The notes under the pieces: model-generated
Databases searched by the model: none
What the model was told of the DNA's origin: nothing
The model's input: the letters and a program-made list of their open reading frames with translations, nothing else
Made by a program: the position numbers and the translations under genes
Assembly (NCBI GenBank): GCA_028826165.1
Contig: JAPDFW010000063.1
Coordinates: 682,001-746,000, forward strand
Origin: Anaeramoeba ignava BMAN
Lineage: Eukaryota > Protista > Anaeramoebae
Reading direction: 5' to 3'
Length of the DNA: 64,000 nt
In this document: positions 42,455 to 55,700 of the stretch, one piece after another
Layout: each line of letters starts with the position of its first letter
How positions within the stretch are numbered: position 1 is the first letter of the stretch

Positions 42455-45400
42455 TCATTTTAAATCTTTTAATAAACTCCATTGAAAACAATTTCCATTT
42501 TCATCTCCAGAATACATATTTTCTAAACTATCAGTAACAAATAGTGCAGTTACAGGAGAATTATGAATTATCTTCAAACAACAAACGAAGGACAAATCAA
42601 AAGAATCCCAAACAAATATCTTTCCAGAATTCATTCCAGTCAAAAGAACATTCTGATAAACACCAACATTTCCATTTGTGAAAATTGCAGATCTGACAAA
42701 TTCTTGATCATCCAATTCCACTTTTTTTATCAATCGTCCACTTATTGCCCACAATGTCAAAGAATTGACTTTTCTTTGAGAATTTGAACAAGAATCAAAG
42801 GTTAAAACATCTCCATTGATTTTATTTATTGCAATTGTTGATACTGAACCTTCATGACCTTCTAATTTGGACAAACAACTAAAATCATTCAAATCCCAGA
42901 TGATTGCTGTTTTGTCAGCTGAACCTGAAACAATAATATGGAAATCCGATGAGCACACAACACAAAGAACTTGGTCTGTATGCCCATATAAAATGCTCTT
43001 GGCATACATATTGATAAACTTGTTCTCACTTGTTATCATTTTCCAAATTGATAAAAAACATTTTGAACCGCCTGTCACAATGATTTTTTCTTTCGTTGCA
43101 CAATCGCAACAATTCACATAATCATCAAAAGGACTATCTGCGAGAAATACAAGATCCTCATCCAAACTGTATATTCTCATTGTTTGATCTTCGTTTTTCC
43201 ATGTCGAATATATTGTTTTCATTGGATATAAAACAGCCCGATTTTGTCTCAATCCAATTATTCTGTTTCCCAATAGAAACAATTGTCCAATTTTGAACCC
43301 AAAGTTGCGATAGCTTGATGGATTTTGGTACATGACCCTTTTGGGAAGTTGATATTTTGTTTCCTGTGTTGATTTTTTCAACTCAAAACTTTTATCCGAG
43401 TTGCTATTTTCATTTACTTTCTCATCGGATTCATTAAATGATTGATTTATTGGAGTTTCTATTTGATCAGCATCCTCAATCTCTTCACTTTTGTTTTGCA
43501 ATCTTGAGTTTGCAAGCTTTCTCTCCATTTCCTTTTGTATTTTCTTGAATTTGTTTTTGGATTGGTGTGGAGATTTAAATAGTTGTTTTGGTGTTTGCCC
43601 GAAATTCTTCAACATTTTTGTTACTGATTGTCTTTCGTTTTCATCTTGAATCGACTCAAAATCAGTGATTCCTTGGTATGTGTATGGATGGAAAACATTC
43701 ACAGAATCAACTGCGGCTTGTCCTCTTTGTTTGAATCCAAAAATCAAGTCGATCCATTTGTTAAGATTGATTGAAATGTAATTGGATTCCAAAATCGCCA
43801 TTTGTTTTTGAATGAAAAGTCTTGGATCATTATTCGCCCATTTGGGCAAAACCACATCATCAACACGAACACCGTTCTGTTTTTTGCCCAAATCAAATCC
43901 ATTCAAGTTAATCAAGCATTCTGGGAGAACGAAAAATTCTGGGATCAATTCTTTGATATCGACGTTTGACAAAGAAGAAGACATTCTCCAGTTTTTCTCT
44001 ATTGATCCAAACAGACGATCAGGAAGATCAAATTGACCTGATTGGAAATCAACGAGCAGAGAGGCAAAAGGCTCAATTCTGACAAGAAAACTTAGTACTG
44101 AACCGATGTTTGAATAGTGAGTTCCGTAATGGAAAGGAATTGATCCTGATTCTTTAAGATCGTTATATTTGGAAACGAACCGTTGCTTTCTTTTCTGGTC
44201 TAATGCTCCCATCGGTTTTGATATGTCCCGAAATGTTGATTCCTTTGTTAGATCAAGTATTTCTGAGCTGTAATCGGCAATCACATTCGGGAAAACTGGA
44301 TATTGTGATAAATCATTGAATGATCTTCCTGCTAATGTGTTTAAATGCATCAGATACTCAAAGTTGCTCATCTTGTTTTTGATCCATAATTTCTGTATTT
44401 TGTTAACTGAGTATTCTTGTTCATAATCGTAATAATTCTCAAGCGTATTTTTGAAAATTTCCTCAATCATTTCTTCCCTTTCTTCTGGATTTTCAAATAC
44501 AAAAAGCATTGTTTTCCCTGATACAAGAAACATCTCAAGCCCTACATCTTTCAATAGATATTTTGTTCTGTGAATTTGTTCGATTTCTTGATACCCCATT
44601 TTCATGTGTTTTTTCGTGATTTTTTGGAATAATTGAAAAGAGATTTTTTCTTCATCCTTCTCGTTTGATTTCTTAATAAACAAATGCATCATTTTATCTG
44701 TGAAAATTATCTTCACAATAACATCTGTGTAGATTGTTACTAATTTGCAACGGAATATTTTCTTCTTTGTTTCATTTGTTGGGATGTAATATTTTTTCTT
44801 GATGAAATATTTGCTAATTTTCTCAAATTCAGGTCTTGAAGTAAAAACAGTGATTTTGTTAATCTCTTCCATTATTCGCGAAGGATATAATTCCTGGTCA
44901 TTTTCCGATTTTTTCTCTTGTTTTCTCATCATTTTCATATTTCGTTTATTTTCACATCTAATTTTATCATTTGGTGAATCACAAATATTTTCTGATTTAT
45001 AATTGTTGTGATTCGAAGAAGAAGCAAATCCAATTTTCACACTAACATAATGCGTAGTTTCGGGTTCTAAATCAAACTTATTTGAATAATCCACTTCTCT
45101 AATATTTTTGGCTTGAATTTTGATTTTCACTGTTGCTCTTAATTTGTCTTCTTCATCTTTTGAAATTTCGTTATTATCATCATCTATTTTCTCTTGCTTT
45201 TCATTGTTATTGTTATTGTTGTTATTTTTATTGTTATTGTTATTGTTTTTGATCTTCCTGTAAATGAATGGTGAGTTGAATTTAATATGATGTAAATTAA
45301 GATCATCTCCAAAATTCAAAAACAACTTTCTCAATCTGACTCTTTTTCTTTGAGAACATTCAATACCATCCAAAAAAAACAAGGTTAGGAAAGATTGGTT

Positions 45401-48400
45401 TTGCCAAACACTCAATTCTTCCTGACTCCAATCAATAATCTCTTCCCATTTTTTAGTGATTTCCTTTTCCAACAAAATACTTTTTTCAATTTCTGCAATT
45501 CTTCCTAATGCTAATTGATCGAATTTGGAATCAAAATCAAAATCTGATTTTTCCTTTTGTTCTTGAAGGGTTTTATTTTGCAAATTTCGAGTTTCTTGGA
45601 AATTTGAAGTTGTTTGTGAATAATCTTCAAGAAACTTTTCGCTTCTATCAAATTCATAATCAGTTTTGGCTTTTGCATAAACCTCCAAAATTTGGAAATC
45701 AATCTCTTCAATTGGAATCTTGACATCTTTGCGTTTTTTATTACTTTTTTCGTTCAAAATTTCGGATATAATTTGCTCACTTGTAATATAGTTATAAAGA
45801 AATTGGATTTTCTGTTGAATATTTTCATCATGCAAAGAATTGATAAAGGCATTCACAATATGATAAAGAAAGGTAAGTGCATATTGTCCATCAGATCTTA
45901 TAGATAATAAGATGCTTGGATTTCCTGCCACAAAATTTACAACTGAATTTTGCAAACTTGGGAACTGATAAAGATCAACGAAATAAAGAACCAATTTCAT
46001 TATTTGATTGAGAATTATTCTTTGGATTTCCTTTTTAAGATCTTTGCATTGCTCGAAAATCCTGAAAATACTCAGAATCGATTGAATAAAAAATATATCA
46101 AAATTTTCTGGATAAGAAGAAGTTTTATCTTTAATTGAAAATTCTTTTTCAGTCCAAAAAATTATCAATTTTGTTGCAAAATGCACAAATTCAATCAAAT
46201 TTCCCACAAATATTTCCCTTTTCTCATTCTCGTTTTCATTCAAATTTAAATTCACATTTAAATTTTCATCATTTGATTTTTTTTTGAAAGTTTCGTTTTT
46301 TTTAAGAAATAAATCACCAGCATTTATCAAAACAAATTGCTGAAGAAATCGAATTTTCAAACTAGAAATATCAACATTTCTACTTCCAAAAGCAAATACT
46401 ATTCTTGTAACAACATTTTCAAATCTTTTGGGTATTCCAATAGAATTTTCACAAATGGAAATTAAAAATTCTAATGCAGCCTTCTCAATATCAGTTTTCA
46501 ATCCTTGTTTGATATTAAGCAAAAATTTATTCGATAAATCATTTTTCTTGATATTCGGAGTTTTTTCGTTCTCTTCCGTTTTTGCGCTCTTGAATTCACT
46601 TTCCTTGGTTAATTCTTCATTGATTGCAATATCAACAAATGTGTCAATCAAACCACATTCAAAAAATGACAGTTGAAGTGATTCGTTTTTTTGATATAAA
46701 TTTCTGATTGTTTTCAGAATATAACCTTTTGTTTTTCTTTCAGTTGAATGTATTATCATCCCCAATAATATTGGCAAAACATTTTCAGTAACCAATAAAG
46801 CTCCAAATATTTCATCAACCAATTTTAAAGAATAAGGCCAAATACTCAAATAATATGCTATTAAATATGTTTCCTTTTCATGAAGAAAACGAGACCTAAA
46901 TGATGATGATTTGAGAAATTCTTTCATCAGTTTCACTAACTCAATTCTGACTTCCTCAAAGCTATGTGAAAGCAAAGGATAAAACAAGTTCGGATCCAAA
47001 TTTTCCAAAAATTCAAGAGAAATTTTCCTTTGAATCATATTTTTCCGGATTATATTGGATAGTGTCCTGATCAAGTAAATCCGAGAAGTATTGTGATGAA
47101 ATTTGATTTTCTTGCGAACAATTTTTTGATTTGATTGGTTATTACTTCCATAATAAGGAATATAATAATCATTTTGGTTTTTGATATTCTCATTTTGTAA
47201 TGCATTTCCATCATCTCCATTAATAATATTATTGTTATTATTATTTATATTTTCATTCATAATATTATTGAATCGCTGAATTGTAAAGGATTCTTCATAA
47301 TGAGAAAGAACAATAAAATGAAAGATTTTTTCGATATCCCTTGATTTAATTGAAATGAGTTCAATAATTTTCATAACTGAAAAAAGTGAAGAAATGGGAA
47401 ATTCTAAATCTTGATCCAATATTTGCAAAATCTTTGTGAGAAAATTGATTCTTCGAAATACTGAAATATTGAAATTGGCGACTTCATCATTGGATACAAT
47501 TAATGAATGTAAACTTGAAAATAGTTTATTTTGCACATCTTCTGATCCTCTTTTCCAAATTTTCCAGTTGATAATTAAATTATGAAATGCACTTATATTT
47601 TTAATTATTCCAATATCAAAAATCAAATTTTCATTTTCATTTTCATTTTCATTTTCGTCTTCGTTTAAATTTTCATTTTCATTTAAATTTTCAATTTCGT
47701 TTAAGTTGAGTTTCATCGATTGTTTAGGTTGGAAAACTTCGTCATATCCTAAGTAAATATCTTCTAAGTGAATTTTGGATGATTTCCTAATTTTTGAAAT
47801 ACCACACATTTTAAAACAAATGGACAAAGTTTCCATATCAATAACCCATAAAGGATTCTCCAAAATTCTTCTTACAAAGAGAAACACATCCATACCAAGA
47901 AATTCGTGTTGATTGTTAAAGTAAATTCTGTTTGCAAACACCTGAAGAAGATGCAAAGATTCAATTTGGAATTCAGGTTTCCTGAACAAACAAGTGGAAA
48001 TGAAATATAATATTGATTTGATTCCTCCAAGAGAAACCAATGAATCACAACCATAAAAAGAATGTCTTGTTTGCACATATTCATTGATGGTTTCTTTTTG
48101 AGTATAAGAAATGTGGAACAGATTAGCTTCATTTTCATGCAAAACTGGGCCTTTTAATGAAATTGATGCAAATTGTGTATTTGCATTATAAGAAAATAAT
48201 AAATTATTATTAATTGAAGCTAATTCTGAATCGGATATTTTGAAAAATCCACTTGAGAAAATTTGAGCAACTTGGTGATAATTTTTTAAATTTATAAAAT
48301 CATAAACAATGTTGTTTTCCAATGTTTTTTCAAATGTTTTTGTGTAATTTGGCCCGATTAAATAAAGTAATAGCATTTTTTTTGGGTTCAAAGGTTCTGA

Positions 48401-51400
48401 AAAAATAAAAAGACTTGAAAAAAGCCAATATCTTTTCTGAGGCTTCATTGGAATTACTTCTCTTTTGGATTTTGTAAAAGTTTTTTGGATAAAATCAAAT
48501 TTTTCACTGAAATTTTTTGATGATTTCCAATTTTGAATTTTCTCCTTTTCATTTTTTTGATTCTGAAAATCAACCATTTGAAATTTTGAGTTTTCAATAT
48601 CTTTTTGGGATTTTTGTTGAATAAAGAAATTTCCACCAATTATAACTTTGCATTTTTTAATTTCATGAGGATCACTGATATTTGTACTATAAGAATCAAC
48701 GCAAACTCCGTTTACAAACAATTCAATATTATTTGAGTTTTCTTCTCTGGATCTGAAAATAATTGATACTTGATACCATTTATCAGGTTTGAATTTATAC
48801 TTATGAAAAACTACGCAAATTTTATGATTAAATATTTCAACATAAATTTTTTTTTGGAAATTGAATAGTATCCTGATAAAATGTAATGAGTTGTTGTCTT
48901 GCAAAGAAACCAATGAAATTAATTCATATTTGTTTTTATTGAGTGAATCAATTGTTCTTTGTGTTGGATTGAACCAGAAATAAATTGTGAATCCTTTTGA
49001 AGAAAAGGATATTTTTTCAGGAATCGAGAATTCAATTACGCCTGTTTTTTTCCTTTCTTGAATGATCATTTTTCGCATGAACGATGGTGCAATTTTATGT
49101 TTGCAAATTTGAGTTAATCCTTTCAAAATATTGAACGGAAAATTAAGAGGTTTTAGTAAAGATAAAAACATTTTCATTTCTTTTGGAAGAATCTTATATT
49201 TAGCCAAGTCAACAATGATCTGAATGAATTTAGGTTGAAGAGGATGATTTTGGTCAATAATTATCCAATTAAATAAATCCAAAATGTGAGAAATGATTCC
49301 TTGTTGGCTTAAGTGTTTACTATTAACTTCAAAACTCTCGATTAAATAAATTATATCATCCAAAATATTTTCTACAACACTCATTTTAATTGCTTGTTTT
49401 TCTATTGGTTTTGATAATAGCAATAGCAATAATTTGATAATATCCGGATATTTGATAACAAATTTAGACCGAGGATCACGCAATTCATATGAAGGAAAAC
49501 CAATTTCCATGACAGAAATGAATGGATTTTGTTCGGAGTCGAAGGGTATTTTGTTCAGAATTTCAGAGTAAATGTTATTATTCTTGGAAATAAATTTTTG
49601 ATTTTGATTTTGATTTTGATTTTGATTTTGATTTTGATTTATATTTTGATTTTGGTTTTGATTTTGATTTTGATTTTGATTTTGATTTTGATTTTGATTT
49701 TGATTTTGATTTATATTTTGATTTATATTTTGATTTTGATTTAGATTTTGATTTTGATTTTGATTTTGATTTTGATTTTGATTTTGATTTTGATTTTGAT
49801 TTTGATTTTGATTTTGATTTTGATTTTGATTTTGATTTTGATTTTGATTTTGATTTAAATTTTCAATCTGATTTTGATTTTCATTTTGATTTTGATTTTG
49901 ATTTTGATTTTGATTTTGATTTTGATTTTGATTTATATTTTGATTTTGATTTTGATTTTGATTTTGATTTTGATTTTGATTTTGATTTTGATTTTGATTT
50001 TGATTTTCATTTTCATTTTCATTTTCATTTATATTCAAATGATCCAAATTTTGCTTTTTGCGTTTAATTCCTCCTCCAACAGATATATTTAAGAATGTTT
50101 CCACAAGTAATTCTGAAAATGGAGAATAGAAAAGCTTTGTTAATTCGATTGATTTATAAAGAGAATCAAATTGCAACTCGTTGACAAATAATTTTTGATT
50201 TTGGATATTATCTTTGAGTGCAATAATCATTGTTTGAAACAAAACATCAATAATCATAAAAGCTGAATATTCAATTTCCCTTTTTTGATTTTGTCTTGAA
50301 GTTCCAACCAAATGGGAAAGTGCTGATTTTTCTAAATTAAGTGATTTTCCAGTTACATGAATAACCGAAAATGCCCAAACAAAACCGCTCTTGAAATTAT
50401 TTTTCAAATGCGGTAACTCGCGAAATAAAATTGTTAAAGAAGCCAAAATATCTATTCTTTCCATTAGTAAATTCTTCTCCAATGATGAAGAACTTCCAGA
50501 GAGTTGCAATAACATTAATAAATCCTCAAATATTTTTTCCGATTCATGTTTTTTTGAATTAATGCACACTTCAATAATAACTTTCAGAAGCGGCCATCTT
50601 GTTTTCGAAGAAGATATCAAATCATAAATAAATTGGAATCCTTGATTTATCTGGAACTTAATCCTGTTTTGTTGGTTATTTTTCAATAAAAGTGCGATTA
50701 GATGAAAAACTGAATAATCGCCTTCATTAAATTCAATGAAATTAGTTCTAATTTGAGAGAAATTTGGATCAGCATCATTTTCATCAATAATAATAATTTT
50801 GTTATTGTTATTGTTGTTTTTATTTTTTATATTTTTTGGAGTTTGATTTGGAAAAGGACCAGCTTTTTCCTTGAGACCATGCAAAAAACTAAATATAAAT
50901 TCAAGTACTCCGGCTTCCCTAAGTTTGTCTTCAAAATTTTGGTATTGGAAAATTAAAGAAATCATATGCTCAGATACTTTTTTCACAATTTGGGGATTAT
51001 CACTAAGCAATAATCTGCAGTATCCAAAAAGTTGGGTAGAAAGATCATAATGGATGAGAATGAACTCGATTAGTTTTAATGTCTTATCTTGGTTTTCGTT
51101 GTCAGAGTTTATGGAAAACTTGGAACAAAAAATTGAGGACATTTGTATCTTGCAATACTCGGTAGTTCATGGAATATTCTGTGATAATACTATCGATAAC
51201 ATTCAATAAAAATCCTTCAATTTGCCATTTAAATGAGTGGTTGATATAAAGATCAAGGATGATTTCAAAAGCATCAACATTTCGCACAACTTTGTATAAT
51301 TTTTCTTTGATTTGGAGATCAAGTAATAAATCTGTGATTTTTGAGTTCTGAACAAAATCATCCGCAAAACGAATTTGATTTGAGTTTGGGATCTATTAAG

Positions 51401-52584
51401 GAACTGAAGTGTATTTTGGACTTGAATCTGATTATGCTTTGTTCTCGAGTTTTCATTGCTCTGTAATTGGAAAAATTTAAGTGTTCTGAAGAACCAAGAA
51501 AAACAACTTGAGCCAAGCAATTAATGGTTTTTAGGAGATATTTTCTTCTTTTCGGATGATTTTGCAAATTTCCGATGAAAATGATTGATTCAAATAAAGT
51601 CTTCAAACCAAAATTTTGCTCGAATTCATTGAAAAAGGTGATCGACCATTTTGAGTGTTGGTGGAATAATACAAGAATCATCTCAAAAATATCGACAATA
51701 ACACTAAGTTTTCTTTCTGAATTGTTGTTTTTTTCAATTATTTCAAGGAATCGAGTGATGAAAGAAAATTTATGGTGTATTTCTGATTGTGGAACTTTTA
51801 AGAGCGTGTTTTTAAAAGGAATGAAGAATATTCTGAGAAGATATCTTGTGATTTCGCTTGGAAGATCCAAAGAAATGAGATGGAGCAATGCAAGAATATT
51901 TGTTTGCTCCATCATTTCGTTCAAAGAGGTTTGGTTCTTGAGTAAATTGTTTAATATTTCTATTATGAAAATGATTGAGTTTTGGAATTGGAATTTTTTG
52001 TGCATTTCGTTGTTTTGGTTTTGATCTTTTATCTCTTCTAAATCCTTTTTTTCAAATTTCTTTATAAGTGCTTCAAACTCTAAAAAAGGAAGAAATCCTT
52101 GATTGACAAGATTTTTGAATTTTTCAAAATGATATCCTTTTACAAATATTTTTTTGTGTTCATTTAAACTTTGGAATATTTGAGATTTAGAAGCTGAAAA
52201 CAATAAATTAATAAAAGCAGTTGAATAACCTTCTAGTAAAGAATCGTCTGGATTTATTGGGAGAATTGATAATGCTTTCAAAAGTAAATGAATTGAATTT
52301 TTGGAAAGAAACTGATCACAAAGTGTTTCAATTTGAGTATTTTTCCTTTCAGAAAAAAAAGAAGTTAACTTAGTAAAAAATTTCCTTATCAAAATTGTAA
52401 ATTTATTTGTTAAATCTCCAATTTGAAGTTCAATTAATTGTTTGTTTTGATTTTCAAAATTAAGAATAAATTGTTGGAGAAAATTATTAAGATAATTTTT
52501 TTGTTTTTGAAGATTTGTTGATTTTAAAAAGCTATTCCATAAAAAATGTAATTGATAAATTGAATCAATTTGAATAATTTCCAT
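42455..52584 (-). CDS. BEACH-domain protein (WDFY3/ALFY/LvsA-like: ARM, ConA, PH, BEACH, WD40), about 3375 aa if two +1 frameshifts near 51360 and 51104 are bridged
   Basis: BEACH motifs [49 protein letters not shown] and FGQTPKQLF; WD40 motifs ([18 protein letters not shown]). Three consecutive reading frames continue the WDFY3-like N-terminal similarity. No GT-AG intron found that repairs the frame. Confidence 0.85.
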
Positions 52585-52707
52585 TTTTTTATTTATTTAT
52601 TAATTAATTAATTAATTAATTTGTTTGTTTTTTTTTTTTTTAAAAAGAAAAGAAAAATGAAAAATGAAAAAATGAAAAAATGAAAAAATTTTTTTTTAAT
52701 TACAAAT

Positions 52708-55700
52708 TCAAAGTTTTGAGTTTGTAATTTGAATAAAATGTTCAAAAACATCAGTAAATTCCAAAGTTTGGAATTGATTTTTAACAACTTCTTGATCTTT
52801 TTGAATTTTTTCATTTTTTGAATTATTAAGAAAATCAATTTTATTTTGGGAATCATTTTTGGGATTAGAAGAAATCAAAGGTGTTGCTTGAATCAGAAAA
52901 CGATGCAATTCAAATTGACCTGGTTTCAGAAAGCAAGCATTTAAATTAAAAGAAATTTCAGACTCTGCTTTTAGTCTTGGGAAAATTTTTGAGGTGAACC
53001 CTTCCCAAAAAAAATAAGGAACGATTTTTTGAGTGGAATTCCCAATAAAAAACGGGTCTTTTTCACTTGGAAATTGGTGATAATTATTTGGTTGATTTTT
53101 TGCAAAGGTTTTCAAAACAACCTCGAAATCAAATGAAGAAGAATTTCTGATTGTAATCTTGACAGGAATAGACAAAACAGGATTTTGTTTAAAATCATTA
53201 TTAGCATTTCTTGGCGCATCAATTTGCAACTTAATCGGTCTTATAAAGTTATTCTGGAACCCGATTTGCATGAATTTGTCGGGAAGCGAGAAGTTGATGA
53301 AGTCGTTTTGTTTGGGGATTGTTTGAAGAGTGCAAATGTTGTGTTGACCGAAGTTTTTTTCTTTTGTTTGCCAAAGAATAACAAGATTTAGTTCTTGTGG
53401 ATCAAAAAAGTTTCTTGAGTGGAAATGTGGAGACGTTTCCATAAGATGGAAAAACCGTTCTCTCTGGAAAAACAAGAAAATAGGAAAGTTTTCGAAATGA
53501 GAGATTTTTGCAGGAAGTGATTCTGAGTTTAATTGAATGTTGCGATGCACAAACGATTTCGAAAGAAACTCGGGCATGTTTTCGTCGTTGTTGTTTTTTG
53601 CCAGTTCAGATTTTTCGAGTATTTTTTTGTATTCAATTAAAGAAAGTTTGTTTTTTTCTGACTTAGAAATGGAGAATATTTGGAGGAAAATTGTTGTTGA
53701 TTGGAAAGGTTTGAGTATCACAAAAGGAGGGTCTTTTGCAGATGAATCTTCGGAGGATGTCTTGATCTCCTCGAAGTTGAGAGGCTCTATTTGGAAGGAA
53801 CTTGATAGCGAGGATATTTGGTTAATTTTAAAAGTGCTTTCTTTTTGCACATTTTCGATATTAAGAACCAATATGTTGTGATTTCTGTCTTTTGGACTGA
53901 ACTTCACAAAGGAGTTTACTTTCAAAGTTTCGATCACTCTTGCGTGCTTGAGAGCGCAATGCACACGATACTCCATTTCAGGGTTTGCTTCCTCGCTTTC
54001 GTAGTAAAAACAGAACGAGAACTGCTTCATGCCTGTTGTTTTTGCGCAGAAAGCAAGAGGGAATTTGACAGTCTCGCCTGGACGTATCGGTTTGGGATAT
54101 AGTTTTATTATTGAATAATCTGGGCTTGTTTGCGGTTCAATTGAGGAATCGAGTTCTATGATGGATTTGTTGTTTTGATTTGAAACAAATTGATTTTTGA
54201 CATGATTTTTGAATTGATTTTTCAGTTTCATTTTATATTTTTTCTCATTTGAATTCTCGTTTGAATCTTGAGTATTTGATTCGCTTTCGCCGAATATAAA
54301 AAAAGAGGGTTCATCAATTTTAACATATAAATTATTAAGAGCAACATCACCGATATTTGTTAATTGGATATAAGTTGTTGTATGACAACCCTGGAGGGAT
54401 GTTGTTGGTATTGTTGTGACATCTGAGGTGAGCAGCGGCATTTGCCGAGTGATCAGTATGTCAAGAGGGTTGTTTTCGGGTATGTTCTGAACAGCTCTTC
54501 TTTTGCGTGAGAACAACACCTTTTGTTTGGGTGGCTTGAATTTAATGAAACTCACAATTGTGTCTTGCAGAGTTGTTTCCACACCACAGATATGAAGAGG
54601 ACCTGTGCGCAAAGGTATGATGTTGAGACTTAGTTTGCGAGTTTCGTTGGGAGCAAATAAAATATCAACTTTTTCGCAAATTATTTTATTGTTTTCAATC
54701 ATGACTTGATTCTCCATTTTTTTCGGTGTTGAAATGGTTTGTATCTCAATCTGCTTTTCGGGCTGGTTTTCTGATTCCTCAAATTTCCCCACAAGATGAA
54801 TATTCTGGAACATGATTGTGATTTTCATGGGATTGATCAATGTAAATGTGATCTTGATCGGTTCACCTACAACAGAAACTTTTTGTTTGACATTTTCATT
54901 CTCGTCATCAAGATTCCATTTCGAAATCATTTCTTGTGCGTTAAAGAACCCAGCATAAATATTGCTCTGAGTATTTTGGGGGGATATACCCTCTTTACTA
55001 TTTTGCTCTTTTTCGATTTGCTTTTTTTGGATTTCTTTCTTCTTTTTTGTATTGACAAAATCAGCCACTTCTCGGGCCATTCTTTCCCAATCCTTCAATG
55101 TTGGGTATTCGTTTCTTATTGATGGAATATTATCATCTGTGAGGAAGATTTCCACACATTCATCATCCACGATCGGCAGTGATAAATCGTCCATTTGCAC
55201 AAGAGAATCTTGATGCAATGTTTTGAATGCTTGCACAAACATATTTAAATTTTTCTGTTGGTTTTGTGGCGACTGAATTGAATATCCAAGAAGGTTTTTC
55301 AGGAAATTAATTGCTTGTTCGTATTGATGAAGAGCCAACGATTGCTGGGAAATTGAGAATATGATGAAATCAGAAACGGGGCGCCATAAAGCTGTTTTTA
55401 TTGGGGAAAGAGCGCGATAAAAGCAACGGATTGCGTAATGAGGACAACTACTTTTTGCATAAATTTCGCCAGCAAAAACAAGTCCAAACAGGTATTTTCT
55501 GAACCAAACTGGCGAGTTTTTTAAGTAGCAATAAGCTGCTTGTTCAGCCGCCAATGCAGAGTATAAATTTTCTGTTAAATTTGTTAATTCGAGATATTTT
55601 TCTGCGCATTGCTCCAATTTATTTGTTCCGATTTTATAACAATCAGCAGCAAGCCAGTAAGCTCTGCACAGTAAATCTTGTCTCTGTTCTTGCTTATAAA

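Noticed and set aside
42563-55122. Many short antisense or alternate-frame ORFs within the BEACH and TRAPPC8 genes
   Set aside because: Shadows of long coding regions with no independent motifs. The exception is 51102-51287, which is part of the BEACH gene.
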